Below are positions 39,576-51,046 of a DNA stretch of 64,000 nucleotides, one piece after another. The position numbers and the translations under genes are program-made. The stretch covers positions 1-64,000 of the forward strand of contig CBFFRQ010000067.1 of the NCBI GenBank assembly GCA_965644315.1, in the 5' to 3' direction. Source of the DNA: Caecitellus pseudoparvulus (taxonomy: Eukaryota; Protista; Bigyra: Bicosoecida). Below the pieces are notes generated by a model. It was not told the origin of the DNA. It saw only the letters and a program-made list of their open reading frames with translations, and did not search any database. The number at the start of each line of letters is the position of its first letter. Position 1 is the first letter of the stretch.

Positions 39576-42500
39576 ATGGCATGGTCAGGTCCAGGGTTTG
39601 TGGACGCGCTCGTAGACGTCAATCTTGGGCCATCCACGCAGAGCGTTTCGGTTCGTGGCGATGTCCGCGATGCACTCGTTGGGCTCGCGAATGCGTTTGG
39701 GCAGGACATGCTCAGCACAGAGACTTGGATCGGGGTGGATGGCCAACTTGCAGCACTGGGAAGGGCTGAAGCTGGACTTGTGCAACTGATGGAAGGAGGA
39801 GGCGTGGATCCGCGTCACGAACGAAGTGCAAAACGCCTTGTCTGGCTATTTCAGCAAGCTCAGAGAGCGCTGAAGCGCACTGTGCGCTGCGCAGTTTTGG
39901 CAGGCAAGTGGAGAGAGAGGCAGCGACTTGACACGCTCTATGCCAGGATTGTGGACGTATGGAAGCACGTGTCTCCAAAGATTGCATGCCCTGGTCCAGA
40001 CGACGTTTTGCTGGCGTTGGAGACGTGTGAACTCCCGCACCTCGAGGACCTGCCGTCACTCAATGGAGGCGAAGCTGCTGACCGTGGCACTACACCTGGG
40101 GCTTTTGAGGAGAGTGGCACCTTGGTTGCTGTTTGCCGTGAACTCCGTGATCGTGCAAATCAGCTGGACGGCCAAGCGCAGTATACCTCAGCCCCTTCTG
40201 GGGACGACCTGAGGCGCCTGGCAGTTGCACTGCGTGACTTGGGAAGTTTTGGCACGCCCGAAATCGAGGCAGTGGAGGAAGATGAAATGGGTGAAAAGGT
40301 GCCGTTGCAACTGTGCCAAGGAGTGAGAGCCTTCCTCCGAGCGGACGGAAGTGGCATGGTGCTGGAGTGGCGACACCCTATCAGCGAGCCAATCTTGAGT
40401 TCTGGTGAAGCCCAAAGTTCCCGGGCAAAGCAGTGTTTGAAGTTTGTGCAGGGCTTAGTGTGGGGGCAGCGCTTGAATGCCTGGGCGGAAGCAGTTGGTG
40501 CCGCTGCGCCGGTGCAGAAGCTTCTCGGCCTACACGTTCGACTGGGGCAGATGACTGAGGCAGCCGGTGACTCGCACACCATGCCCTTACTCCGCATGCA
40601 AGTTTCAGTTAGCGCATGCAAACCCCTGCATGACTTGCAGGAGATTGAGGGGTGGGAAGACGTTTGCGCGACTGAGAAGTCGGCCCTGCTGCAAGAGCTT
40701 GTCGGCGTGCTGAGCACCTGTGAGCAGTCTGGGGCAGACTGCGCAGCAGTTGAGATGGCCAAGGCGTTTGTGGTCGAAGGAAACGTGGTTGGAAAGGGGC
40801 ATGGAGGACTGGGCCAGATGCTTCAGAGGAATGTGCTCGCCAGCGTTTGCTCTGGCTTTCCCACAGTGCGGCTGTGCGCAGGCAGCGCGAGTTTCGCCAG
40901 CCCAGGTCACCCTGACGAAGGCGCGTTGATGTCTGTGCTGATGGAGCTGATCCAGCCTTGCGATGGGGCAGAGCCAGCGGAAAGTGAAGCGCATGGCGGC
41001 TTGCTGGCCGGGAGCGCACCCATGGGCTGCTTCGGTGAAGTAGTCAGTGCTATTCACCCCAAGCACCTTGCCGTCACATTTCATGCACTTGGCAAGTCTT
41101 GCAAGTGCTGGAAGGAGTGTTTGCGTTTTGATCTTGGCGAAAGAGACGTTGGGCTAGCGTGGGACGCGCTAGAAGACGGTAGCCAGAAGCAGTTGGTGCT
41201 GTCGGTGTGGCGCAGCATGCACGTGTGGAGGACTCAGTTGCAAGTGGAGGGCCACCTCATGCGACGAGAGAGCGAACACCGAAGAGCGTTTGCTTGCGGT
41301 AGCTTCCGAGTGGCGGGGCTGGAGCCAGCCTTGCGACCAGCTGGTGCAGTGACTCACAGCAGTGCCCATGCTGCAGCTGTCCTCGCCACCCCCACAGTAT
41401 GTGGGGGTCGGGAAGGCAATCGCCGGCAAAGTTTGTTCTCTGAAGTTGGTTTCCAGCTCTTGCGGCCTGTACGGTGGCATCCGTGCGTTCGCTTGCGGGT
41501 GCGGCTGCGACAGCCAGGAGAACAGGGTCCCTATCTCCGCGATCTGGCAAGTCTCACATGTGCTTGGCCAATTGGGCAGTATCTCGAGCTCCAAACGCAA
41601 TCAGGTGCATGGGTTTACGCTGCATGGTCAACAGGGAACATGTCAGTGCCTTTTCTGTTGGCTTGGGTGAAGCCCCACGAGCATTGCACATGGGCGGAGA
41701 TTGCAAAGGCAACGAATGAGCGTTCAACAATGACCGAGGAAGGCTGCGCCACAGGCCAAGCTGCCGCACCTCACTGTCGAACTGATTTGACCTGCCCAAT
41801 CCCTCTTGCATGTGTGCCAATTGTTGCGGCAGGGTCTGAGGGCACAAGAGGCCAGTTTGCCTGCCATCTACAGGTCGCACATGGATTGCCTGTGCCAACT
41901 TGCCCTGCAGCCACCCCAAGGCGGCGTCGCATGTTGACAGATGAAGAACGGGCTGAAGCCCAGTATTGTTTGGGGCGTAATTACCAGTATGGTTACACAG
42001 TAGAAAGCGACTTAACATTGGCGAAGCTCTGGTACTCTCGAGCCGCCCGAAACGGCAACCCCCACGCACAGCACGCTCTTGCTCGTATGCTCGAGAATGG
42101 CAAGCATGCAGTGCCTGACTACCCTGCTGCAGCGCGTTGGTATCAAGCAGCAGCTGAGCAGGGTCTTCCTGCAGCTCAAGTAGCCCTGGGTCGCATGTAC
42201 GAGAATGGCCGTGGGGTTCACCAGAGCTTCAAGGATGCAGAGTTCTGGTACGTCAAGGCTGCACACAACTTCCATGCTGACGGGCTGTTTGCTCTGGGCT
42301 GTCTATACGAGGCAAAAGTGAATGCGGCAGCCGACCGCGTTGCTGCGGTCTGTTACTTTGCGGCGGCTATTCAAGGCCATGCCGAAGCCCAGACAGCTTT
42401 GGGTCGCATGTACGAGTATGGCCGTGGGGTTCCTCAAAACAGCGTGGCTGCCTGGCTGTGGTACCATGAGGCTGCCCACAACGGCGACGCAGGCGGGCAG

Positions 42501-42785
42501 CTTGCCTTGGGTCAAGCGTACAAGAGTGGCCGAGGCGTGCCGCGAGACCTGGCGCAGGCCGTGAAGTGGATTCGCTTCGCGGCGGATCAAGAACTCGCTG
42601 AAGCGCAACTTGCCTTGGGTCGCATGTACCAACACGGCATTGGTGTCGACACAGATGTCGGGAAGGCTGAAGGCCTGTTCACCACGGCAACCGCGACGGA
42701 AGACGGTGCACGGGCTCGTGCTGCGCTCGCTCGGCTGCGAGAATCAGGCTTTGCTGCTACTCCTGATGCCGGTTCAGGTCTGTAG
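39576..42785 (+). CDS. Sel1-like repeat protein (about seven C-terminal SLRs, long unknown N-terminal region)
   Basis: AQ..LG.MYE.G.GV..D...A..WY..AA.QG repeats at about 41950-42690. The start is uncertain (the ORF is open from 39375). Confidence 0.85.
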   Translation: MAWSGPGFVDALVDVNLGPSTQSVSVRGDVRDALVGLANAFGQDMLSTETWIGVDGQLAALGRAEAGLVQLMEGGGVDPRHERSAKRLVWLFQQAQRALKRTVRCAVLAGKWRERQRLDTLYARIVDVWKHVSPKIACPGPDDVLLALETCELPHLEDLPSLNGGEAADRGTTPGAFEESGTLVAVCRELRDRANQLDGQAQYTSAPSGDDLRRLAVALRDLGSFGTPEIEAVEEDEMGEKVPLQLCQGVRAFLRADGSGMVLEWRHPISEPILSSGEAQSSRAKQCLKFVQGLVWGQRLNAWAEAVGAAAPVQKLLGLHVRLGQMTEAAGDSHTMPLLRMQVSVSACKPLHDLQEIEGWEDVCATEKSALLQELVGVLSTCEQSGADCAAVEMAKAFVVEGNVVGKGHGGLGQMLQRNVLASVCSGFPTVRLCAGSASFASPGHPDEGALMSVLMELIQPCDGAEPAESEAHGGLLAGSAPMGCFGEVVSAIHPKHLAVTFHALGKSCKCWKECLRFDLGERDVGLAWDALEDGSQKQLVLSVWRSMHVWRTQLQVEGHLMRRESEHRRAFACGSFRVAGLEPALRPAGAVTHSSAHAAAVLATPTVCGGREGNRRQSLFSEVGFQLLRPVRWHPCVRLRVRLRQPGEQGPYLRDLASLTCAWPIGQYLELQTQSGAWVYAAWSTGNMSVPFLLAWVKPHEHCTWAEIAKATNERSTMTEEGCATGQAAAPHCRTDLTCPIPLACVPIVAAGSEGTRGQFACHLQVAHGLPVPTCPAATPRRRRMLTDEERAEAQYCLGRNYQYGYTVESDLTLAKLWYSRAARNGNPHAQHALARMLENGKHAVPDYPAAARWYQAAAEQGLPAAQVALGRMYENGRGVHQSFKDAEFWYVKAAHNFHADGLFALGCLYEAKVNAAADRVAAVCYFAAAIQGHAEAQTALGRMYEYGRGVPQNSVAAWLWYHEAAHNGDAGGQLALGQAYKSGRGVPRDLAQAVKWIRFAADQELAEAQLALGRMYQHGIGVDTDVGKAEGLFTTATATEDGARARAALARLRESGFAATPDAGSGL

Positions 42786-43201
42786 CACCACATCGTAGTG
42801 AAGAAGTTGAATTATTGTTGCAACTCTTACTTGTGGTTGAGGAGAGAGGTGGGTTCGTTAGCTCCTCAACCAAAACGACGAGCCAAGCGGAGCTGAGCCG
42901 CTTGGCGTTGTTGTATTCTCCGAACACAACATCTCAGCACTGGGAAAACACGCCCTGGCGAGAGATTGGTTTGCACGTCGTAAGACAGCAAGGCAATCAT
43001 TCCTCGAACTTGTAGTTTGTCTGCGCATTCTCTTGAGAATTGCTCAAGCAACAGGTGAGGCATGCCGGAACGTGCCGTTGCCATTTGTAATGTCACTGGC
43101 AACTGACCAAAAGAAGCCAAAACAGGCTTCGAATGCATTCACAGCATCACCTTCCATGATAGAACGCAGCCTTCAGCTTATTTTGCCATCCTGCGATGCA
43201 C

Positions 43202-45294
43202 TCATCGCCGACCCTTGCGGCGCTTCTTGCGCTTTCCTGACTTTGGCTTCGCCTGTGCCGCCTGAGCGTCCTGCTGAGAGGCGGCAGCGGCGTCGGCAGT
43301 TGAGCTCTTCCCTTCATCCTCCGCTCCACCTGACGTTTCTGTGTTACTTTCCGCCTGTTTGGCTGTTTCTGCACCTGCACCCGCTTCAGCCTTGCCTTCA
43401 TCCCCATCCTCTTCATCTTCATCACCCTCATCACCTTCACCGTCATCACCATCCCCGTCCTCTTCACCATCATCACCATCTCCATCCTCTTCATCACCTG
43501 TTGGGGTCTTATCGTCATCATGTTCCTCAGCCGCTGCCTTCTCGGCTGCCACACGCTCCGCCTCTGCCTTCTCAGCCGCCGCCTTCTCGGCCGCCACACG
43601 CTCCGCCTCGGCCTTCTCAGCTGTTGCCTTCTCGGCCGCCACACGCTCCGCCTCGGCCTTCTCAGCTGCCGCCTTCTCGGCCGCCACACGCTCCGCCTCG
43701 GCCTTCTCAGCTGCCGCCTTCTCAGCCGCCGCCTTCTCGGCCGCCACACGCTCCGCCTCGGCCTTCTCAGCTGCCGCCTTCTCGGCCGCCACACGCTCCG
43801 CCTCGGCCTTCTCAGCCGCCGCCTTCTCGGCCGCCACACGCTCCGCCTCGGCCTTCTCAGCTGCCGCCTTCTCGGCCGCCGCACGCTCCGCCTCGGCCTT
43901 CTCAGCTGCCGCCTTCTCAGCTGCTGCCTTCTCGGCCGCCACACGCTCCGCCTCTGCCTTCTCAGCTGCCGCCTTCTCAGCTGCTGCCTTCTCGGCCGCC
44001 ACACGTTCCGCCTCGGCCTTCTCAGCTGCCGCCTTCTCGGCCGCCGCACGCTCCGCCTCGGCCTTCTCAGCTGCTGCCTTCTCGGCCGCCACACGCTCCG
44101 CCTCGGCCTTCTCAGCTGCTGCCTTCTCGGCCGCCACACGTTCCGCCTCGGCCTTCTCAGCCGCTGCCTTCTCGGCTGCCACACGTTCCGCCTCGGCCTT
44201 CTCAGCTGCTGCCTTCTCGGCTGCCACACGCTCCGCCTCGGCCTTCTCAGCTGCCGCCTTCTCGGCCGCCACACGTTCCGCCTCGGCCTTCTCAGCCGCC
44301 GCCTTCTCGGCCGCCACACGCTCCGCCTCGGCCTTCTCAGCCGCTGCCTTCTCGGCTGCCACACGCTCCGCCTCGGCCTTCTCAGCCGCTGCCTTCTCGG
44401 CTGCCACACGCTCCGCCTCGGCCTTCTCAGCTGCTGCGGCCTCAGCGAGCTCACTTGCTTCCCCAGCAGCTGCTGCCGACTGTACAGGCGCTTGGTCAGC
44501 TGGAGCTTGTCCTGCAGGTGGCGATCCCTGGCTCAGCAGAGGGTGGCCTTTGAACTCAGGCGAGGCTGTCACAGACTGAGGCTGGGCCTCTGCGGTGGTG
44601 GGTGTCTGTGTAGCTTGCGTGCCGTGCTCCGCTGCAGCGACGATAGAGTCTGGCGTGCGGTGCAGCTCCATCAGACTGCGGAATGAGGCGTGGGCCGTGA
44701 CTTCAGGGATACGGGCGACAGCATTGAAAAACTTGGGGATCTGCTGCATGCGGTGGCTGATGACGTCGGGGGCACGGTTGTTGAGCAGCACTTTGGGCGG
44801 AAAGAGGTCTGCTTTATCTGCTGCCTCGGGAAATGCAGCAACGAGCTCGGTCTTGACAGCGTGGAACTCCTTATACCGCCGCGGAATGACCCAGCTGGAC
44901 GCAGAGTCGACAGAAGACGCTGCATCGGGCTTCACTGTCACAGTTGTGTCATACTGAGTGTAGCTGCGGGCTGAAGTGCACAGGCAGCGCAGTTGTGACA
45001 AGTGCAGTGCACATGCGGAAAACGACCGTCCACGTACAGCTGTTGTCTTCGCTCTCCTGCAGGGAAACAGCCACGTGCAATGACCTTGCGGCGGCCATGG
45101 TGACAAGTGGCTAGGTTGGGCACAGTGCCCTCAGTGATGGTCAGGCTTGACCAGAGAGCAGCCACTTGTTGGCACAAAGTGCTGCGCGTTGCTGTGGTTT
45201 TGGGCGTGACCACGCACTGCACTGGCTTCGAGGGTCAACGTGCCCCGGCGCTGCGGCGCAGGTGGGCTCCAGAACGACCCGCGCTGAAAGACAT
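43202..45294 (-). CDS. PX (phox homology) domain protein with Ala/Glu/Lys repeat rod and acidic/basic tail; intron-containing 5' end
   Basis: WVIPRRYKEF...LFPPK...VISHRMQQIPKFFN is a PX signature. The upstream exon boundaries are inferred. Confidence 0.8.
43525..44440 (-). repeat. Coding repeat (AAEKA AAEKA EAERV), 15/45-bp periodicity
   Basis: About 0.9 kb of tandem units with occasional extra 15-bp blocks. Confidence 0.95.
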
Positions 45295-45700
45295 ATAGAT
45301 TTCACGACCTGCGTCCTCAGCCTTTGCTCAAGGTGCTGTCATTTGGCCCTGCAACAGGGCCAGAGCATGCCAGACAAGCCATGCGCTGTGAAACCTACCT
45401 GCCAATCCTCCACATCCACATGGCATGCAGCCTGCCACCCCATGATCAGGCTTCCCAGCCTCTCACTTTGACCCCCCCACGCTCTCTGTCCAGCGATCAG
45501 TTCGTCTGCAGCCCTCCAACTGCCGAGCCTTCTTCGGCCATCGCACTCACCCAGAAATCCCCTGCAATTCCCTGAACCCCCCATATCCACCACATCCAAG
45601 TATGAGACACTCCACGCGTTTAACGGAGTGCGCACGGTGAATACAGCACGTCTGGGTCAAGCGCTGCAGTGCGTGCGTTTCACGCGCGTTGCATGGAAGG

Positions 45701-46961
45701 ATGGGGGGGGTTTGGACCCTTGCCTTCGTGTTGCTGGCGTGCCAGGTGCGCATCTCCCTTGGCGCCATCGACTTAGCATCCCTTCCCGAAGGCTTTGATC
45801 CGTATGCGGTCCTTGAGGTGGACCCTGGCGCTTCGCAGAAAGATGTGAAGAAGGCCTATCGAAGACTGGTGCGTGGAGGCAATGTTGCTCCGCGCCCCCC
45901 CTCACCAACCTCAACCCCCCCCTGCCGTGCGCGGCCCAGTCGCTGCTGCACCACCCAGATAAGAACACTGGAGAAGGTTCTGCGGGCGCAGAGAAGTTCG
46001 CTGACATTGCCCTGGCGTACGAAGTGCTGGGTGACGTGGACACGAGAGCCACGTGTGCGTGCCGTGCCACGCTGTGGCGGAGCCCGTCACAGTCCGCACG
46101 CGCTCCGCCTGCGCCCTTGGCACAGATGACACCTTTGGCACCAAGACATACACCACCGAATGGGAGTTCCGCGCGGCACAGCGGCGTGGCGAGGCAGGGG
46201 TCGGCGAGCGTGGGTTCTACGAGGGGGATGCCAGCATCATGCAGGTGCTGCCGGAACACATCGACGTGGGCTTCGTCACACACACCCTGGGCAAGCCGCT
46301 GCTCGTGGAGTTCTACGCGCCCTGGTGTGTGCACTGCCAGACACTGGCCCCCACTGTGCGCCGCATGGCTCTCGTGTGGGCGGAGCAGCTGCAGGTTGGC
46401 GCTGTGAACTGCGACGAGCGGCCCGTCATGTGCCAGGAGGAGCAGGTGACGGGGTACCCCACCCTGCGGCTGCTGCAGCCAGGGGGGGGCATGGACATCT
46501 ACTCTGGCCCGCTGACGGCGCCTGCAGTGGAGGCGTGGCTGGAGGGCGCCCTGAACCCGGCCGTGCAAACGCTGACGCCAGCCGCAATCGGCACCACAGT
46601 TGAGGGTTCCCCCTTCATCTGGCTGGTGTCTTTTTCCCTGCCGTCGTGTGGGCCGTGCCAGGCCATCAAGGGGCTGCTGCAGGAGACAGCTCGGTCCCTC
46701 GCTCACCTGGGCGTGAAGGTGGGGTCGCTGGACTGCTCAGCGTGGCCTGGCGTCTGCGCCCAGCATGGCGTGCCGTACTACCCCTTCCTCAAGGTGCTGG
46801 GGGCAGGGCGGGGGTCCCTGGCGGAGGCTGGCGTTGACGTCACTGTGGACCTGCGGCACAGTCCAGGCGCCTTGGCTGTGCAGCTGGCCAGCGCCGTCCT
46901 GCATGCGGTGCTGGCCCCCGTGGAGGAGGGCGCACCCCCCACGCTGGCTGGAGGCAGTTGA
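45701..46961 (+). CDS. ER J-domain plus thioredoxin protein (ERdj5/DNAJC10-like), 2 introns
   Basis: Signal peptide; DPYAVLEV...VKKAYRRL | intron | HHPDKN...AYEVL; thioredoxin motifs FYAPWCVHC and CGPC. Confidence 0.88.
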
Positions 46962-47064
46962 ACTGCACAGTGTGACTGGCCTGCCGTGCATGTGCGGGTG
47001 CGGGGTGCACGCTGCGCAGCCAGCAGCAGACATGCATTCTGGGCCCAGGGCAGGCGTGTGAGCG

Positions 47065-49582
47065 TCACCGCATCTGGTCGCAGTAGTCGAAGTAGTGCCC
47101 GCCATCGGCATCGGGAAAGCGGCAAAAGGTGCGCATGCCCGTGACACTGCGGGCGACGAGCAACGTGCCGCTGAACGAGGCCAGCAGGAACAGCAACACC
47201 CAGCCCTGGAAACGGGCGGACCAGGCCCTATTCAGGCGCACCGCCAGCAATTCAGCTCGAATGGCGAGGGACGCCACCACCCTCTGCAGCGGCGACATGT
47301 CTGCCAGGGACGTGACTGGGCTCCACAGCACAGTGGCTGTGCCGGCGCCACTGCCCTCCACTGCCAGCTGCAAGCACTGCTCCAGTGTCAGCGGCTGCCA
47401 CAGCGGGTCGGACGTCACTTGCTCGATTTCGGCACTGTACTGTTTCCGCTGTGCTGCCACGAGGGAAGCAACGTCCGCGTCGCCTGGGGACAGCACGCAC
47501 CCGCAGGTGGAGGTGTTAGCGGGGGCGTCTGACGCGCCCTCCTGCAGTGCAGCAGTTGGCAGGGGTGTGTCATCCAGCAACGCCGACCCTGCTCCCGACT
47601 GCGCTGGGCTGCTATCCGCGCCACCACCGTCGGCAGGCAGTTTGCTCGCAGGGGCCTCCGCTGCGACGAGGCCGAGGCTGAGTGGCGCCACTTGAGCGCG
47701 CCCCACTGCCTTCCACCGCACTCCACAGCACAGGGGCATGGTGAGCAGCAGCAGGGCAGGGGCCAGGTCTGTCGCGAGTTCCAGAACGTACTGCGCCCCC
47801 ACACGCGCAAAGACATCTGCGACGCCCAGCGGCTCGCCACCCAGGCGCGGGGGGATGCGCAGGAGCAGTGCAAAGGCGAGGCTGGACAGGATGCCGACGT
47901 CCTCTGCCATAGTGTCAAAGGTGAGCATGGAGAACCAGGCGTGAGTGTCCTGCGCCGCCAGGGACCGCGCGCCCACGTCCTCGTCAGCCAGCTCAGAGGC
48001 AGACGCCTCCTCGCCCCGCCCGGTCCAAGGTGCCCTGCTGCTGCCCTGCTCTGGGGCTTGCGAGGCGGTGGGAGCGGGGCCACCCTTGCCCTTCGTCCCA
48101 GGCTCGCTCGTTGACACTTGCAGCACCGCAGCGGCCCCCGGCGGCGCAACGGGCAGCTCACTCGCGCCTGCCTCTGCCACGTGTGCACTGTGAGTGGGCG
48201 ATGTGCTGGGTTCAGCAGCACTGGTGGTGCGCAGGCGAGGGTCCTCTGCGGCGGTGGGGGGGTCGGACTCCAGACGCGGCACCCTGGCGTCATCCTCCTC
48301 CTCACTGCTGCCGCCCCCTGCCCCTCCGTCGCTGGACAGCGCCACTCGCTCCGAATCGTGCACGTCGCCCTGCACGTGTGGGGCGACTGCACGAGGGGAG
48401 GGCGTACCCTGCCGCCCCCGTGCCGCTGTCGGGGTCTGCATGACAGCTGCCTGGTGCAGCTTCCGAGCACAGCCACAGCGCCCGACGAGGGCGATGAGAC
48501 CTGCGTCGCGTGCTGGCGTGGTGATGCGCATGGTCAGCTCCACCAGCCCCAGCAACACCGCCGCCCCCACCGTCTCGCCGGTGGAGTCGAAGGACGACGT
48601 CAGCACACGCCCAGCCACTGCTGCAGAGACGATGGCCATGGCAGCCAGCGCCACCAGGCGGTCTCGTGGCAGTGCCGAGGAAAAGTGCACTTTGGAGCAC
48701 ACACGTACGGTGGCCAGGGCCACTTCGTACCCCAGAGTGAAGGCCACCACACGCAGGATGAGCTGCACCACCACGCCAGCCTTGCCAAAGGCCGGCACCA
48801 CCACCGACACGACGTAGAACGCGAAGATGATGAGGGCCAGCACCATGCCCAGCTGCACACGCATGGGCTTGTGCACGAAGGGGGCGATGGTACCAGCCAA
48901 CAGGAGGGGCGTGGCGACGGCGGGGATGAGCTGGCCAGCCCACCCCATCACCCGGGTGAGGAAGTCCCACAGGCCCCCCGACGCGGCGCCCGTGCCAGAG
49001 CCCACGGATCGGATGGCAGCAATGACGAGGTTGGCGAGGAGGCTGACAGAGAGCAGCCCGCAGACAGTGCTCCACCGCAGCACGGTCCAGCCGCTGATGA
49101 CCACCCACGGAACAATGGCTATGGTGGCGATGTTGAAGGTGGTGACGACGAACTGCAGCTGGCCCAGCCAAAAGACGCCCTCAGATGCAAAGGCCCAGGC
49201 ATCGCCGCCGAACCACTCGGGCGTCACCTCCGACACGGGCGGGTTGGTCGCGTTGAGCGCAGGTGTGTGCACTCCCAGCTCCTCTGCAGAGGCAGGGCAG
49301 GACGGGGAGCCAGTGCAATAGGGTGGCGCAGGTCAGGGTAGGCCGTCGGCGAGGCGCAGGGGTTGCCACGCAGCAAGTCGCAGCGACATGTGCCCACTCA
49401 CCTGCCCGAGCAAACCAGGTGTTGAGGAGGAAGAAACGGTATGACATGGCCAAGATGGCTAGGGCACCACCAAGCAGCGTCCATGCCTTGAGCTGCACCT
49501 TGTGCCGCCTGTGCCGCCGGGCGAACGGGCCCAAGTTCCACAAGCGTGGCAGCCTCAGTTTGCTGTGGCGCACGTCAAGCAC
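47065..49582 (-). CDS. Multi-pass membrane protein, unknown function (5' exons uncertain)
   Basis: 735-aa ORF 47065-49272 with many hydrophobic helices, plus a probable upstream exon (LLGGALAILAMSYRFFLL) followed by a GTGAGT donor. Confidence 0.65.
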
Positions 49583-49956
49583 TCACATGGCAGTTGCCAG
49601 GACAGCCGTGGGGTCATTCCCCAGGAGGAGTTCGTCAGAAGATGGCATGCTTCAAGCGCGAGGCAGCTGCACGTGCCGTGGGGTGGCAAACAGTGCGCCC
49701 AGCAGCAGCCTGGTGCTGCTGTGCGGCAGCGGGCGTTGCGCCCTGTAACTCCACGCCCCACGCTGAGCGCAACGGGGGGCTGGAGGGGGGGCTTCCGCGC
49801 GTACCCGATCTCGCAGTGCGTGCAAGAAAACACAGATTCTCCAAACTTTTGGCGAAACGTTTCGAGTGGAGTCAGAGTTGTGGCGCAGACGGCTCTGGGT
49901 CTGGACAGTGAGCGGTCCGTCCGGCACTGAGCCTGCTCGTGGGCGAACCTCCGCCC

Positions 49957-50906
49957 ATGGCGGCCAGCCTGCCCTCCACTGCGGACGATGAAGGCTTGGG
50001 TGGCGAGGGGGACTGGAGCCTGGATGACTCCCTCACTGGCGACGGTGGGGAGGCGGGCGCGCCAGGTGAGGTGCTGAACGCAGACGTGCAGGCCCTCGCG
50101 GCGGCGTGGGTGAATGAGAAGGTGGGTGGCCGCTGCCCGTCGCGAGCCGCACCATCTGCCAGAGCCCTGCAGCTTGTCCTTGTGCCGCAGAATGCACCAG
50201 AGGTACTTCCATACAAGGAGGAGCTCATGGTGTCCCTGACTGAGATCGTCAAGTCCCAGGTGCGGCAGCGCTTTGAAAGCACAAGGCCCCTGCTTTCGCC
50301 CAACTTGCAAGCGCCATGAACGGTGCAAGAGGCAACTGCACACCCACTGCCTTCCTGTCTTCTTACAGCAAGTGCTTGTGGATGAGCAGAGCGGCTCCGC
50401 CTCCATGTCCGTGCTGTCACAGCTGTATCAGGTGCGCGGGCAAAGTGGTGCCTGGGAAACGCACGCGAAACGCAGGCTTCCCTCCACCCCGCCCTCTGCA
50501 GCGTGACATCGAGCGCGTGACGTACCTCCTGTCAGCCTACCTGCGCACTCGCCTGCGGAAGATTCGCGACAACGTGCTGTACCTGCTCAGTGACAGCCAA
50601 GCCATGTACACGCTGCTGTCCCCGGCCGAGCAAGCCTTCTGCAGCGAAGTGGGCCAGCTGGTGGACCAGCAGTTGACAGGCACCGCGACGAGCCACCTTC
50701 CCCCTCGCATCGCAAAGTCCCTGCCGGAGGAAGGCATCACGGCGCCGCCTTCGCCTCACAAGTTCGTGCTGGTGGAGGCGCTCGTGGACGGTGCCAGCCT
50801 TCAAGCTGGGAGCGAGACGTACCGACCGGAACAGGGTGCCATCGCTGCCGTGGACTTCGTGCACGCACGTGCTTTGCTAGAAGAGGGCAGCGTGCGGCTA
50901 GTGTGA
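49957..50906 (+). CDS. GINS4: GINS complex subunit Sld5, 3 introns
   Basis: AWVNEK|NAPEVLPY, DIERVTYLLSAYLRTRLRKI, LLSPAEQAF and LLEEGSVRLV are Sld5 motifs split by GT-AG introns. Confidence 0.92.
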
Positions 50907-51046
50907 GGGTGCTTGCCTTCACGTGGAAGGAGGGTGCACGTGTGTGTGGCGAATGCCCCCCTGCAGCTGCTCCGCGCGGGGGGCTGTCACCCGCAGCCCA
51001 TCACTTGTCAGAAACCTACAAAACACAATCTGCACAATACATCACC

